Shown here in pieces: positions 62,826 through 64,000 of a DNA stretch of 64,000 bases. Source of the stretch: Phaeosaccion multiseriatum (Eukaryota; Protista; Ochrophyta, other classes). The notes beneath the pieces are model-generated. The model was not told the DNA's origin, did not search any database, and saw only the letters and a list, made by a program, of their open reading frames with translations. The stretch is from NCBI GenBank assembly GCA_965112735.1, contig OZ218951.1, forward strand, positions 2,728,001-2,792,000. The letters run 5' to 3'. Position 1 is the first letter of the stretch; each line of letters opens with the position of its first letter. A program made the translations under genes and the position numbers.

Positions 62826-63712
62826 TTGGGCGTGTGTGTGTTTGGGGGGGGGGGGGCGGGTGAGTGAGTTGGTTGGTGGGTGTGAGTGTTGTGTGTGTGG
62901 TGGCGGGGGTGAGGGGGGTTGGATGGGTGGGTGGTGGTGGTCGTAAGAAAACACGCTTGGATGCACCATGGTAAGCACAGACAAAAACGGAGGAGAGAGA
63001 GACCACTTTTGCCTTTCCCCCCTCCCCAGCTGCTCCTTGGTCTCACTCCATACTCCTCCATACTCCTCCATACTCCTCCTCCTCCTTACTCCTCCTCCTC
63101 ACCTCGACGATGAATGTAACGTCGCTAAAGTCCTGCTCTCCAATGAGATTCTTGAGGTCCATGAGGAAGGAAGAGTTTGCCGCCGCCGCCCCTCCATTCA
63201 CTCCGGGATCCACCAGTGCCGCTGTGTGTTCATTGTAGGACGCCACTTTGGTCACTCGAAGCGCGTTGAGAGGCTCCACCAGCCGAGGAACCGTCACCTG
63301 TGAGTAGGAGGAGGGAGAGAGGGAGGAGGAGGAGGAGGAGGAGGAGGAGGAGGAGGAGGAGGAGGAGGAGGAGGAGGAGCAGGAGTAGGACGAGGAGGAG
63401 AAGGAGTGGGAGGAAGAGGAGGAGGTGAGTGAGGAGGAGTACAAGAGAAGGACGGAACACAACCATTAGTCCCTCCTCTCATTCCCCCCCCCCCCGCCCC
63501 CCCCCACTCCTCCTCCTCCTCCTGCTGCTGTTGCCTTCTATCTAACCCACCTTGAGCACATCACCATGGCCGAGCTTTCCATGGTCCCCATTTCCCCATG
63601 TGTACACCTTGCCACTGTCGGTCAGGCCAACCGTATGACTCCATCCGCATGTGATTTGCACCAGCACACGCTTGTTCAGCGACTCTACCAGGCAAGGCGT
63701 CGTTTTGTTCAC
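62351..63712 (-). CDS. RCC1-repeat and BTB/POZ domain protein (RCBTB-like), 3' part; exons 63712-63551, 63297-63103, 62791-62351; 5' exons lie beyond the window
   Basis: RCC1 repeat VQITCGWSHTVGLTDSGKVYTWGNGDHGKLGHG; BTB FSDVTFIVE|GQPVYCHKAVLAVRCQHFRAMFSSGMRES...FLALMEYIYSD; BACK-like tail. Confidence 0.9.
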
Positions 63713-64000
63713 CTGTAGCAGTTGGCGATAGAGCAACCGCAACGGGCAACCAGGTGAGGAGGAGGAGAGGGAGGAGGAGGAGGTGGGGGAGGGGGAGGGG
63801 GAGGAGGAGGAGGAGGAGGAGGAGGAGGAGGAGGAGGAGGAGGAGGAGGAGGAGGAGGAGGAGGAGGAGGAGGGGGAGGAGGAGGAGGAGGAGGAGGAGG
63901 AGGGGAAATCCGATCCCGCTGACACCATCAATACGGCTAGGGAACTATCTCCCATGTTTCTCCCATTGCCCCCACCCCGACCATCCCCCATCCCCCACCC

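Overview
Eukaryotic, GC-rich, intron-rich nuclear DNA. It is most likely from a flagellated photosynthetic stramenopile (ochrophyte): there are bipartite plastid-targeting presequences with Phe at +1, a mastigoneme/Sig-like EGF protein and an LC7 dynein light chain. Most introns carry a large microsatellite, which explains most of the low-complexity ORFs in the track. I spliced 15 genes by hand using GT-AG boundaries, and for the complete models the exon lengths sum to whole codons. In order: prolyl-4-hydroxylase-like 2OG oxygenase (+), intronless EGF/tenascin mastigoneme-like protein (-), sterol delta-7 reductase (+), HEI10-like RING E3 (+), an acidic orphan (-), plastid pheophytinase-family alpha/beta hydrolase (+), a tandem pair of class-C-like GPCRs with a filamin-type Ig repeat (+), a septin (+), FAE1/KCS elongase (-), plastid SnoaL/NTF2 protein (+), roadblock/LC7 (-), a ~1400-aa ATG13 (+), a secreted discoidin-IPT-FN3-legume-lectin protein (-) and the 3' part of an RCC1-BTB gene (-). 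The most notable points are (1) a septin with an apparent N-terminal signal peptide, a C-terminal membrane anchor and a large insertion; (2) a GPCR duplicate that lost 5 exons (250 aa, including TM1-3) in frame between CA repeats; and (3) intronic repeats built from splice-donor sequence. All family calls are from motif recognition by eye; no database searches were run.
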